Shown piece after piece: positions 8,449 through 18,035 of a DNA stretch of 64,000 bases. The notes beneath the pieces are model-generated. The model saw only the letters and a program-made list of their open reading frames with translations, was not told the origin of the DNA and searched no databases. The stretch is from Candidatus Sungiibacteriota bacterium (GTDB lineage: Bacteria; Patescibacteriota; Minisyncoccia; Sungbacterales; JACQCQ01). A program made the position numbers and the translations under genes. Each line of letters starts with the position of its first letter. Within the stretch, counting starts at the first letter, position 1. The stretch is from assembly GCA_016201505.1 (NCBI GenBank), contig JACQCQ010000009.1, positions 1,991-65,990 of the forward strand, in the 5' to 3' direction.

Positions 8449-9378
8449 ATGCCGCCGGAAACTCGCACGTCGCCGAAAGATGTCTTTTTGCATCTGCTCG
8501 CCCTGCTGACGCTTTATCTCTCGGCGATCTCGGCCATCGCTTTGCTATTTCAGTACGTTGATTATTTTTTTCCTGATGCCCTAAATCCATACGCACCGGG
8601 TGCCGGCATTCGTTGGGCAATTGCCGCGCTCGTCATTCTTTTTCCGGTGCATGTCATCATCATGAGACTACTGCAAAAAGATTTTGTAAAGACGCCCGCG
8701 CATCGCGAGGGACGACTGCGCAAATGGCTGATTTATTTTACGCTGTTTGCGGCGGCCGTTACGCTGATCGTCGATCTTGTCGTTTTGGTGTTTCACTTTT
8801 TAGACGGTGATTTAACATTTAGTTTTATCGGCAAAGTCTTGTCGGTGGGGCTGGTTGCCGGCGGGGTATTTGGCTATTACATCTGGGATTTAAAAAGACA
8901 AGAGGTTCGCATATCGGTTAAAGCCGCGCGAATTCTTTGGGCCGCGGGTGTGGTTCTGGCTCTTACCGTCATTGGCGGATTTTTTGTCATCGGCTCGCCG
9001 TTTGCCCAGCGCCAAGTCCGATTCGATGAAGAGCGCGTAAATAATTTAATGCTGGTTCAATCAGAAATAATTTCATACTGGCAGGCCAAACAAAAACTGC
9101 CCCCAAGTTTGAGTGATCTGAAAAATGATATCTCGGGATTTGTTCCGCCGCACGATCCGGAGTCCGGCGCGTCATATCAATATGCGGTGACGGGACAATA
9201 CGCATTCGATCTCTGCGCAGTCTTTGATCGGCCGAGTTCTAAAACTCCCTCGCCAGCCTACCGCTATCCCGCCAGCCAGAACGATGTCTGGCAGCATGCC
9301 TCCGGCCGCGTCTGCTTTTCGCGTTCCATTGACCGAGAGTTGTATCCGCCGAATGCGGGCCTAAAACCAGTGCGCTAG
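8449..9378 (+). CDS. Hypothetical membrane protein (N-terminal multi-TM region plus C-terminal soluble domain; DUF5671-like by recollection)
   Basis: Hydrophobicity pattern only; no catalytic motifs recognised. Confidence 0.45.
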   Translation: MPPETRTSPKDVFLHLLALLTLYLSAISAIALLFQYVDYFFPDALNPYAPGAGIRWAIAALVILFPVHVIIMRLLQKDFVKTPAHREGRLRKWLIYFTLFAAAVTLIVDLVVLVFHFLDGDLTFSFIGKVLSVGLVAGGVFGYYIWDLKRQEVRISVKAARILWAAGVVLALTVIGGFFVIGSPFAQRQVRFDEERVNNLMLVQSEIISYWQAKQKLPPSLSDLKNDISGFVPPHDPESGASYQYAVTGQYAFDLCAVFDRPSSKTPSPAYRYPASQNDVWQHASGRVCFSRSIDRELYPPNAGLKPVR

Positions 9379-9465
9379 GCAGAGAAAGCCCCCGCGCGAG
9401 ACGTTGCGGGGCTTTTCAATCCGGCCAAACGTCCGTAGAGTGGAACGGTTATACGTATAAGAGAT

Positions 9466-9741
9466 ATGCAGCGGCTTGAAGCAAAAATATTTGGGCGCGT
9501 CCAGATGGTACTGTTTCGCGATTTTACCAGGAGACACGCTCTGAAGCTGGGGCTTTCCGGGTTTGTGCGCAATGAAACCGATGGCAGTGTGTTGGTAGTT
9601 GCAGAAGGTAAGAAGGAGTTTCTGGATAAGCTGCTTTCCAAAATTCACCGCGGGCCGATGTTTTCGCGCGTTTCTGACGTTGAGATCGAGTGGAAGGAAG
9701 CTGACGGGAAATTCCCGACGTTCAGTATTGATTTTTCTTGA
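9466..9741 (+). CDS. acyP: Acylphosphatase
   Basis: Acylphosphatase motifs VQMVLFRDFT and GFVRNETDGSV; ~90 aa. Confidence 0.8.
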   Translation: MQRLEAKIFGRVQMVLFRDFTRRHALKLGLSGFVRNETDGSVLVVAEGKKEFLDKLLSKIHRGPMFSRVSDVEIEWKEADGKFPTFSIDFS

Positions 9742-9742
9742 A

Positions 9743-10429
9743 ATGAGCCAAGCAGGAAGGATCCCGACTTGTATCGGCATTATTCCCGATGGCAATCGCC
9801 GCTGGGCGAAGGCTAACGGCCTCTCGTCGCTCGAGGGCCATCACGCCGGGTATCAAAAATTTAAGGAAGTAGTCCATTGGGCTTTTGAGCGCGGCGTGTC
9901 CACGGTGATTTTTTATGCTTTCTCGACTGAAAATTGGCGACGTGAACCCAAAGAAGTTAAATATTTAATGAAAATGCTGGAATGGGTTTTGTCGAGCGAA
10001 GTCGATGAACTGCATACGGAGGGCATTCGAGTTCGCGTCATCGGCGATATCCGATCACTTTCCGACAGGCTCCAAGAGTTAGTTCGTAAAACCGAGGCGA
10101 AAACAAAAGATAATGCAAATGGGACTGTTGCGATTTTGCTCTCTTACGGGGGCAGAAAAGAAATCATGGAAGCTTTAAAAAAAGCGCGGCTTGATCCCTC
10201 GCTCGCGGCCGAAGAAAGTTTTGCCAAACTCTTATGGACAGAGGAATTGCCCGACCCTGATTTGGTCCTGCGGACGAGCGGCGTTAAACGCCTGTCTAAC
10301 TTTTTGATCTGGCAGACGGCCTACAGCGAGCTTTTTTTCTCCGATACGCTCTGGCCGGATTTTTCGAGGCCGGAATTTGAGGCGGTACTCGCCGAATTCG
10401 CCGAACGTGAGCGAAGATTCGGCGCCTAA
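9743..10429 (+). CDS. uppS: Isoprenyl transferase (undecaprenyl diphosphate synthase)
   Basis: IIPDGNRRWA, FSTENWRR and RTSGxxRLSNFLxWQ motifs. ATG at 9743 (the track ORF starts earlier in frame). Confidence 0.85.
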   Translation: MSQAGRIPTCIGIIPDGNRRWAKANGLSSLEGHHAGYQKFKEVVHWAFERGVSTVIFYAFSTENWRREPKEVKYLMKMLEWVLSSEVDELHTEGIRVRVIGDIRSLSDRLQELVRKTEAKTKDNANGTVAILLSYGGRKEIMEALKKARLDPSLAAEESFAKLLWTEELPDPDLVLRTSGVKRLSNFLIWQTAYSELFFSDTLWPDFSRPEFEAVLAEFAERERRFGA

Positions 10430-10430
10430 G

Positions 10431-10455
10431 AAAAAATCCCTTAGCGGGATTTTTT
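10431..10455. terminator. Bidirectional hairpin aaaaaatccc-ttagc-gggatttttt
   Basis: Perfect 10-bp stem with an A-tract on one side and a T-tract on the other, immediately after the uppS stop. Confidence 0.55.
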
Positions 10456-10674
10456 CTTAGGCTTGACCAGTCGTTTCAGCGACCTTTTATGCTTTCGTTT
10501 CAGCAGTGTTCCCAACTGCAGCCCATCTTTCCCTAGGGTGCGGTGGTAGATTTGCTGAAGCGTTCCGATCTTGGTATCGTTTCGCTTTCGGCGCAATTTG
10601 CCCGAACTTTTTACTCGAGAGCGCGAGCCTCGCATACCGGGGGCATCCTTGGCTTTTTTTTGCCGTCGTTTCAT
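10441..10674 (-). CDS. Hypothetical very basic small protein (possibly spurious)
   Basis: Lys/Arg-rich 77 aa ORF with no recognised family; its 3' end overlaps a terminator hairpin. Confidence 0.25.
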   Translation of the reverse strand: MKRRQKKAKDAPGMRGSRSRVKSSGKLRRKRNDTKIGTLQQIYHRTLGKDGLQLGTLLKRKHKRSLKRLVKPKKKSR

Positions 10675-10787
10675 CCCGTTAGAAGCAGATCGCGATAAAT
10701 GCTGCTTTCCGCTTAATTAGTTTTTTAATTTTATTAAACAAAGTTTTATGTCCAAAGATTCTACCGTGATCGCGGCTTCTAACGGGA

Positions 10788-11276
10788 TCAATCTGATTTT
10801 ACCCGAAGTTTTTGCGCCTTGTTGCGATCGCGTTTCGGCAGCTTAACGGTCAGCAGGCCGTTTTTCATTGAAGCTTCGGCTTCATCGGAAATAATCTCTT
10901 GCGGCAGGATAATAGATCTGACAAACGACCCCCAGTAGAGCTCCTGGTAGAAGAAATTTTCTTCACGCACCTCATTCGTTCTCGAGCGTTTTCCGCGGAT
11001 GGTGACCATTTCATCCGTTACTTGCACATCGAGGTCCTCGGGTTTTACGCCGCCGACGATGGCCTGCACCGTGACATAATCCCCGTCGTCAAAAATATCA
11101 ACCGAGAGTTCGCCCTCCTCGACAGTCTCCGCCTCCCCCTCTGGTGCTGCTTCAAGTTCTGGTTTTGCGGCTTCGGCAATTTTTTTTGTAGTTTGTGAAA
11201 TTCGCTCGCGCGGCGGCTCGGACGGCGTGGGCGCGGGTTTCGATCCCGTCAGTCTTTCAAAAAAAGATTTTGCCAT
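10788..11276 (-). CDS. Hsp20/alpha-crystallin family small heat-shock protein
   Basis: Alpha-crystallin domain (DIFDDGDYVTVQAIVGG...MKNGLLTVKLPK). Confidence 0.8.
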   Translation of the reverse strand: MAKSFFERLTGSKPAPTPSEPPRERISQTTKKIAEAAKPELEAAPEGEAETVEEGELSVDIFDDGDYVTVQAIVGGVKPEDLDVQVTDEMVTIRGKRSRTNEVREENFFYQELYWGSFVRSIILPQEIISDEAEASMKNGLLTVKLPKRDRNKAQKLRVKSD

Positions 11277-11302
11277 AGAATTGAGAGCTGATGTTCAAAA
11301 AA

Positions 11303-12022
11303 TTATCCGGCCGTCTCTCCTTTCAATTTATGAAAATCAATCAAAATAACGATGAGCGCCGAGGAGAGAAGGGCGGCCAGGTAGAGCGCGCTGCCCGGCA
11401 GATGGTCTTTCAATATAATAAGGTAGTCAAATCCGGCATGCAAGCAGGCCGCAGCCAGGATGCCGAGGGCGATAACATGTTTCCGGTGGGGAGAAAACCA
11501 AGCTCGGGCAATGGCGTAGCCCACGACGCCGGAAGACAAGGCATGCAGAAAGTTGGCGCCAATAAATCGAGCGATGGATAATTTGGCGCCGAGGATTAAG
11601 TTTCTGCCAATCAGCATTTGCGGATTGTAACTTTGATTGAAGAGAAACAGGATATTCTCCATCGCCGCAAAGCCCATGCCGGCGGTCATCATATAAATCA
11701 TGGCGTCAATCGGTTCGTTAAAATCCTTTCGGGAGAAAGCCAGTAATTTTGCCGCCAGGTATTTGGCGTATTCCTCAACCAGCGCCACGATAAAAAATGT
11801 AAAGAAAAAATTCGTAAACGGGTCGGTTTTATAAAACAGCGCTTCTTGCGCGAGCAAAGCAAAAATGGCCGCGGCCGCCCCGCCCAAAAACGTGATTAAA
11901 ATAAGATGCACGGGTTCGGCATGCCGATCCTCCCGCAGGTAAATCAAAAGCCAAATGATCGGCGGAATAACGCCAAGCGCCAGAAATCCCGAGCTGGTGG
12001 AAACAACGGCCGCGTAATCCAT
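11303..12022 (-). CDS. PrsW-family intramembrane metalloprotease
   Basis: EExxK motif (ALVEEYAKYLAAK), FxxxH, and HxxxD-like (ACLHAGFDY) in a multi-TM protein. Confidence 0.65.
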   Translation of the reverse strand: MDYAAVVSTSSGFLALGVIPPIIWLLIYLREDRHAEPVHLILITFLGGAAAAIFALLAQEALFYKTDPFTNFFFTFFIVALVEEYAKYLAAKLLAFSRKDFNEPIDAMIYMMTAGMGFAAMENILFLFNQSYNPQMLIGRNLILGAKLSIARFIGANFLHALSSGVVGYAIARAWFSPHRKHVIALGILAAACLHAGFDYLIILKDHLPGSALYLAALLSSALIVILIDFHKLKGETAG

Positions 12023-12159
12023 CCCGTTAGAGGCGGACCTGCCTGCCGGCAGGCAGGATCGCGATCAAACGCGTTCGCCGCACAATAATTTTATAAATTG
12101 ACATATATCTAATATATAACTTTTGCGGTCGCGGCCTCTCACGGGATCCATTTTTTTAT

Positions 12160-12225
12160 TGTCTACCGTCTACCGACTACAGTCTACTGCCTAAACCTTT
12201 GCGGTAGTCAATGTCAGTAGCCCGT
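12160..12225. repeat. Leader-repeat family copy (gtctaccgtctaccgactacagtctactg...gcggtagtcaatgtcagtag)
   Basis: Same word composition (CTACAG/GACTAC/GGTAGTC) as the copies at 26432, 44505, 45410 and 46010. Confidence 0.5.
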
Positions 12226-12234
12226 GGTCTTTAA

Positions 12235-14493
12235 TCAGTGTCGGGGCCAAGGCTCAATCATGAGCAATCTTTTTTCTTTCACGGGCAGATGCTCCCAAAT
12301 GGCTTCGGTCACGTAGGGCATAAAAGGATGCAGTAAAATCAAGCTAGTTTTTAAGATCGTGTAGATCAAAATTTTTGCCGCTTCTCGGTCTTTTTCATCA
12401 TCTGATTGGAGCCGCGGTTTCGCCGACTCGATGATTGTGTCGGCGAAGGTGTGCCAGAAATAATGGTAGAGAGTTTCCGCGGCGTGATGGAACTTAAACG
12501 CTTCCATATCTTGGCTGACTTGTTTTGTGAGCCCATCCAAGTCTTTTAGCAGTTTTTTGTCATGCTTCGTTAGCTTGGCTTTTTTCGCATTCGGCTCCGT
12601 ATCTTCGAGATGAATCAAGACAAACCGCGAAGCATTCCAAATCTTATTGGCAAAATTTCGATAGCCGCGGATTTTATCTTCAGAGATAATCGGATCATTC
12701 CCCGGCGTGTTGCCGACAACCAGCGACATGCGAACGGCGTCGGTGCCGTATAATTCTGCGACACCCAGCGGGTCAATTACATTGCCCTTTGATTTTGACA
12801 TTTTCTGCCGATCCTGATCGCGGACGAGGCCATGCAGATAGACTTTTTTAAACGGCACTTTCCCGGTCCGGTACATGCCAAGCATAATCATGCGAGCCAC
12901 CCAAAAAAAGAAAATATCCCAGCCCGTTTCCATGACTGAAGTCGGGTAAAATTCTTTAAAATCTTTGCCGTCAGGATAGCCGAGCGCCAAAAACGGCCAC
13001 TGGCCGGATGAAAACCAGGTATCAAGAACGTCCGGATCTTGAATAAGATTATGATCGCCGCATGCGGGGCATTGGAGAGGCGCTTCCTTTGAAACAATCG
13101 GGGGGCAGCCCTCCCTCGCTCTGCCGGAGCTTTGGCGGGCGCTCAATTCTCTGGCCGCACCCTCGTCGCGGAGAAAATTGGCGCAAAACCAGGCCGGAAT
13201 GCGAATGCCCCAGCTAATCTGGCGCGAAATATTCCAGTCGCGGAGCCCTGACATCCAATGATAAAAAACTTTTTCAAATCGCTTCGGGATGAACTCGATT
13301 TGTTTTGATTTAATGGCCTTTACGCCGAGATCGCGCAGCGAAGTTTTTGTATTTCCTTTGTCGGTCATTTTTACAAACCACTGCGGGATGACCATCGGCT
13401 CAATAATGCCGCCCGATCTCGCCGAAACCGCGACCGAATGTTTATATGACTCATCGATTTTAGTAACGAGGCCCTTGGCTTGCATATCTTCTACGACCTT
13501 TTTGCGCGCTTCTTCGACTTTCATCCCCTGATAGGGCCCAGCCCGTTCATTCATTCGTCCGTATTTGTCGATGACCTGCTTGATTTCAAGATTATGCCGC
13601 AAGGCGATTTCAAAGTCGGCCGCATCATGCGCCGGCGTTACTTTGACAACACCCGTGCCGAATTCGGGGTCGACCGCCGCATCTGCGATGACCGAAATTT
13701 TTGCTGGTCCCAAAACTGTTTCAATATCAATCATCTGGCCGACAAATTCCCTGTATCGTTTGTCTTTCGGGTTTACCGCGACCGCTGTATCACCAAATTT
13801 AGTCTCGGGACGAACTGTCGCGAGTTCCAACGGCCCGTATTTTATGAAATAGAGCGGATCATTGCGCTCTTCGTATTTTATTTCTAAATCGGAAAGCGCT
13901 GTTTGATCTTTGACCGACCAATTGATGATGCGCCTCCCGCGATAAATGAGACCATCTTGATACATTTGGACAAATGAATCCTCTACTTTTCCAACGATGT
14001 CGGCATCAAGCGTAAATTTTTCTCTAGACCAATCGCATGAAGCGCCCAGTTTGCGTAACTGGTTTTCCATGACGACTTTATTTTTTTGCGTGAACTCGAA
14101 AATTTGGCTGTACAATTCTTCACGCGAAAAATCTGACCAGCGCTTGCCTTCTTTTTCCAACTTTTTTCGATAGACAAATTCGGTTTCGATGCCGGCGTGA
14201 TCGGCGCCCGGCAGCCAAAGCGCTACTCGCCCGCGCATGCGCTCGAACCTCGTCATAATATCCTGAAGCGTCACGAATAAGGCGTGGCCGATATGGAGTG
14301 CTCCGTTCGCATTCGGCGGCGGCATGATGATGGAAAATAGCTCTTTCTGCTTACCGGCCTTACCCCGCGAAACTCCAGTTGAGCGGAGTGGGGGCAGTTT
14401 GTCGGGATTAAAAAAACCAGACGCTTCCCAGCGCTTGTAAATCGCACCTTCTACTTTTTGCGGCAGATAAGCCCCGTTAGGAAATGTATCCAT
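12235..14493 (-). CDS. valS: Valine--tRNA ligase (class I aaRS; compact form without C-terminal coiled coil)
   Basis: PPPNANGALHIGHA (HIGH), KMSKSKGNV (KMSKS) and DWNISRQISWGIRIP; 752 aa. Confidence 0.7.
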   Translation of the reverse strand: MDTFPNGAYLPQKVEGAIYKRWEASGFFNPDKLPPLRSTGVSRGKAGKQKELFSIIMPPPNANGALHIGHALFVTLQDIMTRFERMRGRVALWLPGADHAGIETEFVYRKKLEKEGKRWSDFSREELYSQIFEFTQKNKVVMENQLRKLGASCDWSREKFTLDADIVGKVEDSFVQMYQDGLIYRGRRIINWSVKDQTALSDLEIKYEERNDPLYFIKYGPLELATVRPETKFGDTAVAVNPKDKRYREFVGQMIDIETVLGPAKISVIADAAVDPEFGTGVVKVTPAHDAADFEIALRHNLEIKQVIDKYGRMNERAGPYQGMKVEEARKKVVEDMQAKGLVTKIDESYKHSVAVSARSGGIIEPMVIPQWFVKMTDKGNTKTSLRDLGVKAIKSKQIEFIPKRFEKVFYHWMSGLRDWNISRQISWGIRIPAWFCANFLRDEGAARELSARQSSGRAREGCPPIVSKEAPLQCPACGDHNLIQDPDVLDTWFSSGQWPFLALGYPDGKDFKEFYPTSVMETGWDIFFFWVARMIMLGMYRTGKVPFKKVYLHGLVRDQDRQKMSKSKGNVIDPLGVAELYGTDAVRMSLVVGNTPGNDPIISEDKIRGYRNFANKIWNASRFVLIHLEDTEPNAKKAKLTKHDKKLLKDLDGLTKQVSQDMEAFKFHHAAETLYHYFWHTFADTIIESAKPRLQSDDEKDREAAKILIYTILKTSLILLHPFMPYVTEAIWEHLPVKEKRLLMIEPWPRH

Positions 14494-14873
14494 AGACTCA
14501 CAACAAATTTTATAGGCTGATATTCAGATTTTCAGATATAAATCTCAAGTTAAATTTTCTAACGGGGTAAACTTGCCATGGTCAAATTTCTTCGATATAT
14601 CTAAAGCGGGCTCGTGGTTAGCGTACCATAGAGAAGAACGCTCGTTCCATTCTTGAAATTTCGGCCTTGAGGAGGTGAATAGGCAGTCATGAATTTTTAC
14701 CTCTGCGAATTCAGTGATCTCGAGCCGGTCATCGCGGCGAGACTCGCCGAAGAAGGTTTCTGTCCCGGAATTCCCCAGTGCGGCATTCGGGCTAAGGATT
14801 ATCGCGCGGGGAAGTGCGATCTCGAAGGCTGTCCCCGGCGAGCCCGGGAGAAGGCCTATCTGCAAACCACTGG

Positions 14874-16088
14874 CTAGGCCAGGCGCAGCGCCGGCTCGGC
14901 GCGGAGATCGCTCCGCGCCGCTTTTTTATTTCGCTGGTAATAGGCCGCCACCGCAATCATTAAGCCGTTATCGGTCGTTTCTTTTGGGTGCGGCAGAAAT
15001 ACTTTCACGGTGGGCAGCGCGCGAGAAAAACTTTCAGCCAGATCTTTGCGCAATTTTTTATTTGCCGCGACTCCCCCGCCGAGAATGAATGTTTTCACGC
15101 CGTATTTTCTGGCCGCAGCAATAGTTTTTTTAACGAGTACCTCAACCACCGCATTCTGAAACTCATGCGCGATATCAGCGAATAACGAATCTCCTTCGAA
15201 TATACGAATTCGTTTATTCGTTTTAAATTCGGTATTCGTTGTTGTGAGTTCACGAAGTTTATATAACACCGCTGTCTTTAACCCTGAAAACGAAAAATCA
15301 AAGTTGGGTGAATCGATCATCGGCCTCGGCAGCCTGATTCTCGGTTCTTTATTCTTGATTCTAAATTTCTCGGCGAGCCGAGAAATTTGTGGTCCTCCCG
15401 GATACGTAAGGCCCAAGAGTTTTGCGACCTTATCAAAAGCTTCGCCGGCGGCATCGTCCCGCGTCTCGCCGATAATTTGATACGCGCCGTGTTTTTTCAT
15501 GAGCACGAGTTCGGTATGTCCCCCCGAGACAATCAAAGCCAGCGCCGGGAAATCAATTTTTTTCTGATGCAGGAGATTGACATATATATGGCCCGCCAGA
15601 TGATTTACGGAAACGAGCGGCACCTGCCATACGCGCGCCAGGCCTTTAGCAAAATTAACCCCGGTCCAGAGCGCCGGCGCCAGCCCCGGCCCGTAGGTGA
15701 CGGCAATGACATCAATGGCGGGTTTTTCAATTTTAGGGATTTCTTTTTTAAATTGACGGAACAACTCCGGCTCGTGCGAAAAACAATCAGCCAATATCGA
15801 ATTGTTTGCGAATATACGAATTCGCTTATTCGTTTTAGATTCGTTATTCGCTGATGAGCGATAGAGCCTCGCTTCTTTGAGCGCTGTTTTTAATACCGGC
15901 ACTAAGTTTTTCTCATGCTCTCTTTTCGCCAGGTTTGGCACGACGCCGCCGAACTTGGCGTGGATGGCAATCTGCGATGAGACAACATTGGCAAGCGGCT
16001 TAAATTTCGGCGCGTTGATACGTCCATCTGCTTCAAGCACAGCAATCGCCGTTTCATCACATGATGTTTCAATGGCTAGAATTCTCAT
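14874..16088 (-). CDS. tsaD: tRNA N6-adenosine threonylcarbamoyltransferase TsaD (Kae1/Gcp family) with two in-frame insertions
   Basis: ILAIETSCDETAIAV N-terminus, HLAGHIY, DFSFSGLKTAV and ILGGGVAAN. 404 aa versus ~340 typical. Confidence 0.85.
   Translation of the reverse strand: MRILAIETSCDETAIAVLEADGRINAPKFKPLANVVSSQIAIHAKFGGVVPNLAKREHEKNLVPVLKTALKEARLYRSSANNESKTNKRIRIFANNSILADCFSHEPELFRQFKKEIPKIEKPAIDVIAVTYGPGLAPALWTGVNFAKGLARVWQVPLVSVNHLAGHIYVNLLHQKKIDFPALALIVSGGHTELVLMKKHGAYQIIGETRDDAAGEAFDKVAKLLGLTYPGGPQISRLAEKFRIKNKEPRIRLPRPMIDSPNFDFSFSGLKTAVLYKLRELTTTNTEFKTNKRIRIFEGDSLFADIAHEFQNAVVEVLVKKTIAAARKYGVKTFILGGGVAANKKLRKDLAESFSRALPTVKVFLPHPKETTDNGLMIAVAAYYQRNKKAARSDLRAEPALRLA
15197..15241. 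repeat. Intragenic palindromic element copy 1 inside tsaD (cgaatatacgaattcgtttattcg...)
   Basis: Near-palindrome centred on GAATTC. An 86% identical copy lies at 15808-15850. Translated in frame as KTNKRIRIF. Confidence 0.6.
15808..15850. repeat. Intragenic palindromic element copy 2 inside tsaD (cgaatatacgaattcgcttattcg...)
   Basis: See copy 1; same in-frame peptide KTNKRIRIF. Confidence 0.6.
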
Positions 16089-16196
16089 GACTGAAGCATT
16101 ATATCCCGAAATAGTAAGTTTACAATTAGGCGGATTTGAGTTATTTTGGGCTTCAGTTAATTAGAAATTAAGAATTAGAGATTAGGAATTCTTCCT

Positions 16197-16269
16197 GCTC
16201 CCATCGTCTAGAGGCCCAGGACCCGGGCTTTTCAAGCCCGTTACACCAGTTCGAATCTGGTTGGGAGCG
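16197..16269 (+). tRNA. tRNA-Glu (anticodon TTC); no encoded CCA
   Basis: Cloverleaf read by hand: acceptor gctccca/tgggagc, anticodon loop cttttcaa, T-loop ttcgaat. Confidence 0.85.
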
Positions 16270-16318
16270 CAAAGCAGAGTTAGTTTCTTAGTTCAATCTC
16301 CTGCGATAGAATAGTCTT

Positions 16319-16861
16319 ATGCCTGACCGACGCGTCATTGATTTAAAAAATTCAATTGCGGCAACCGAATCTGACGCCGAGGAAAATTCTGATTCTTTTT
16401 TTTCAATTCTGCATTCGTGGAGAGCTCCGGAGTATCACCACATTCCGAAAGAACGAAACTGGTATATTGCCGGCGCGATTATCGCCGGCAGTCTTCTCGT
16501 TTACTCCCTGATGACCGCAAATTATTTTTTTGCGATATTCACTCTGCTTGCGACATTTATCGTCTATACCTATTCCGTCCGCCTGCCTAAAGAAATGTAC
16601 GGCGCGATCACCTCGCACGGCGTGCAGATCAACAATCGATTGTATGGCTTTGAGGATTTAAATTCTTTCTGGATTTTTTATGAACCCGGTGGTATAAAAG
16701 AGCTTAGCCTTGAATCAAAAAAAGCCGTTATGCCGTATATTCGCCTGCCGCTGGGCGATGCCGAGCCGGTAAAAATTCGCGAAATTTTGGTCCAATACGT
16801 ACCCGAGGTGCGTCACGAAGAATCTCTTGCCGAGACTCTTTCAAGGTTTATAGGATTTTAA
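16319..16861 (+). CDS. Hypothetical membrane protein
   Basis: Two central TM helices; no recognised motifs. Confidence 0.4.
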   Translation: MPDRRVIDLKNSIAATESDAEENSDSFFSILHSWRAPEYHHIPKERNWYIAGAIIAGSLLVYSLMTANYFFAIFTLLATFIVYTYSVRLPKEMYGAITSHGVQINNRLYGFEDLNSFWIFYEPGGIKELSLESKKAVMPYIRLPLGDAEPVKIREILVQYVPEVRHEESLAETLSRFIGF

Positions 16862-16888
16862 TTCAGGCAAGTGCGCGACAAGCGCCCT

Positions 16889-16963
16889 GCGCTCGTCGTT
16901 CAACGGATAGGACACAAGCTTGCGGAGCTTGTAATAGGGGTTCGATTCCTCTCGAGCGCACCA
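16889..16963 (+). tRNA. tRNA-like gene, apparent anticodon GCG (Arg), with encoded 3' CCA (atypical for this genome)
   Basis: Acceptor gcgctcg/cgagcgc, D-loop aacggata, anticodon stem caagc/gcttg with loop ttGCGga, T-loop ttcgatt, then CCA. The other tRNAs here lack CCA. Sits at the edge of a degraded mobile region. Confidence 0.5.
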
Positions 16964-17103
16964 ATCAGGAAAAGTCAAATCCTCGCGGCGCGTGCCGCGC
17001 CGCTCGGCCACCAATTCGTACGGATTTTTTGGCTCAAAACGGAACTGACGGTTTTCGGCGGGAAAAGAAAATTTTTTCATTTACTAATTAACCAAACAAA
17101 ACT

Positions 17104-17313
17104 ATGCGCTATGTAATCTATGCTCGTAAATCTACCGAGGACGAAGATCGTCAGATTTTGAGTATTGAAGCTCAACTCGTTGAACTCAAAGAATTTGCCG
17201 CCAAAGAAAAACTTGAAATTGTCGCTTCCTTTCAGGAAGCAAAAACTGCCAAAGAACCTGACGAAAAACATCGACTCGAACCATATTTTTGGGAAAAGAA
17301 AATTTTTTCATAA
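17104..17313 (+). pseudogene. Serine recombinase (resolvase/invertase) N-terminal fragment, truncated
   Basis: MRYVIYARKSTEDEDRQ..SIEAQ is the catalytic N-terminus of serine recombinases; the ORF stops after 69 aa. Confidence 0.55.
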
Positions 17314-17451
17314 GATTTTTCAGAAAAGAAACTCAATGAGTTTCTTTTCTGTTTTAGCTTGATTTTCCTTGGTATTTTTGCTAATGTAATTTTGGTAATC
17401 AGCCCGATAGTCGGGCTGAAGTCGCACATTCCCAACTAGGAGGATAGACGC

Positions 17452-17790
17452 ATGGAGCTACAAACCGAAGTCGCAGATATCCGATTGGAGCACCCGTTGA
17501 TGAACGCGGCAGGAACGTGCAAGATGCTGGTGACAAGCCCCAGAAAAACTAGACAGTTGCGGATAAAGAATTATGGCCGGAAGAAAGCTCGGAGAGCCGA
17601 GTTTTCTCCTGTTCGTAAAATGTATGCGGCGGCATTACGCACGGCGAAGACATTCGGGAGTATCGCGAGAGCGGCGCTGTGGCAACGCAAGTGGCCACTG
17701 CCTATCTCGAGCGACACGAGCAAGTGTTCAGTTCACTCCTCGGCGAGCTCCTCGAAGTTGCGAGCGCGTGAATCGCTCGCGGAAAACCGT
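17452..17790 (+). pseudogene. Dihydroorotate-dehydrogenase-like (FMN TIM-barrel) gene remnant with an internal deletion/frameshift
   Basis: Frame A gives LEHPLMNAAGTCK (N-terminal DHODH-like motif). Frame +1 at ~17640-17780 gives GGITHGEDIREYRESGAVATQVATAYL (C-terminal motif). No intact ORF. Confidence 0.35.
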
Positions 17791-18035
17791 CCCACGGGAC
17801 GCTCATCGGCAACAGTGTGCGTCCCTTTCTTTTTAAATTTGAAAGAACAAAGAATTTGCCGCCAAAGCTGAAATTCGCTAGAATTTCAGTAATCCGAATT
17901 CCGCCAAAGAAAAACTTGATTCGCCAGCTGGCGAATGTCAGCGGTGCGGCTCACTTCGACTTCGCTCAGTACGAGCCGCCGCCTTTCCGTCCGCCAGCTG
18001 GCGGATTCGCGGGGGGTTCTCGCCGCAGGCGTTTC

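Noticed and set aside
16841-17080. Minus-strand 79-aa ORF
   Set aside because: Overlaps the CCA-encoding tRNA-like gene at 16889-16963.
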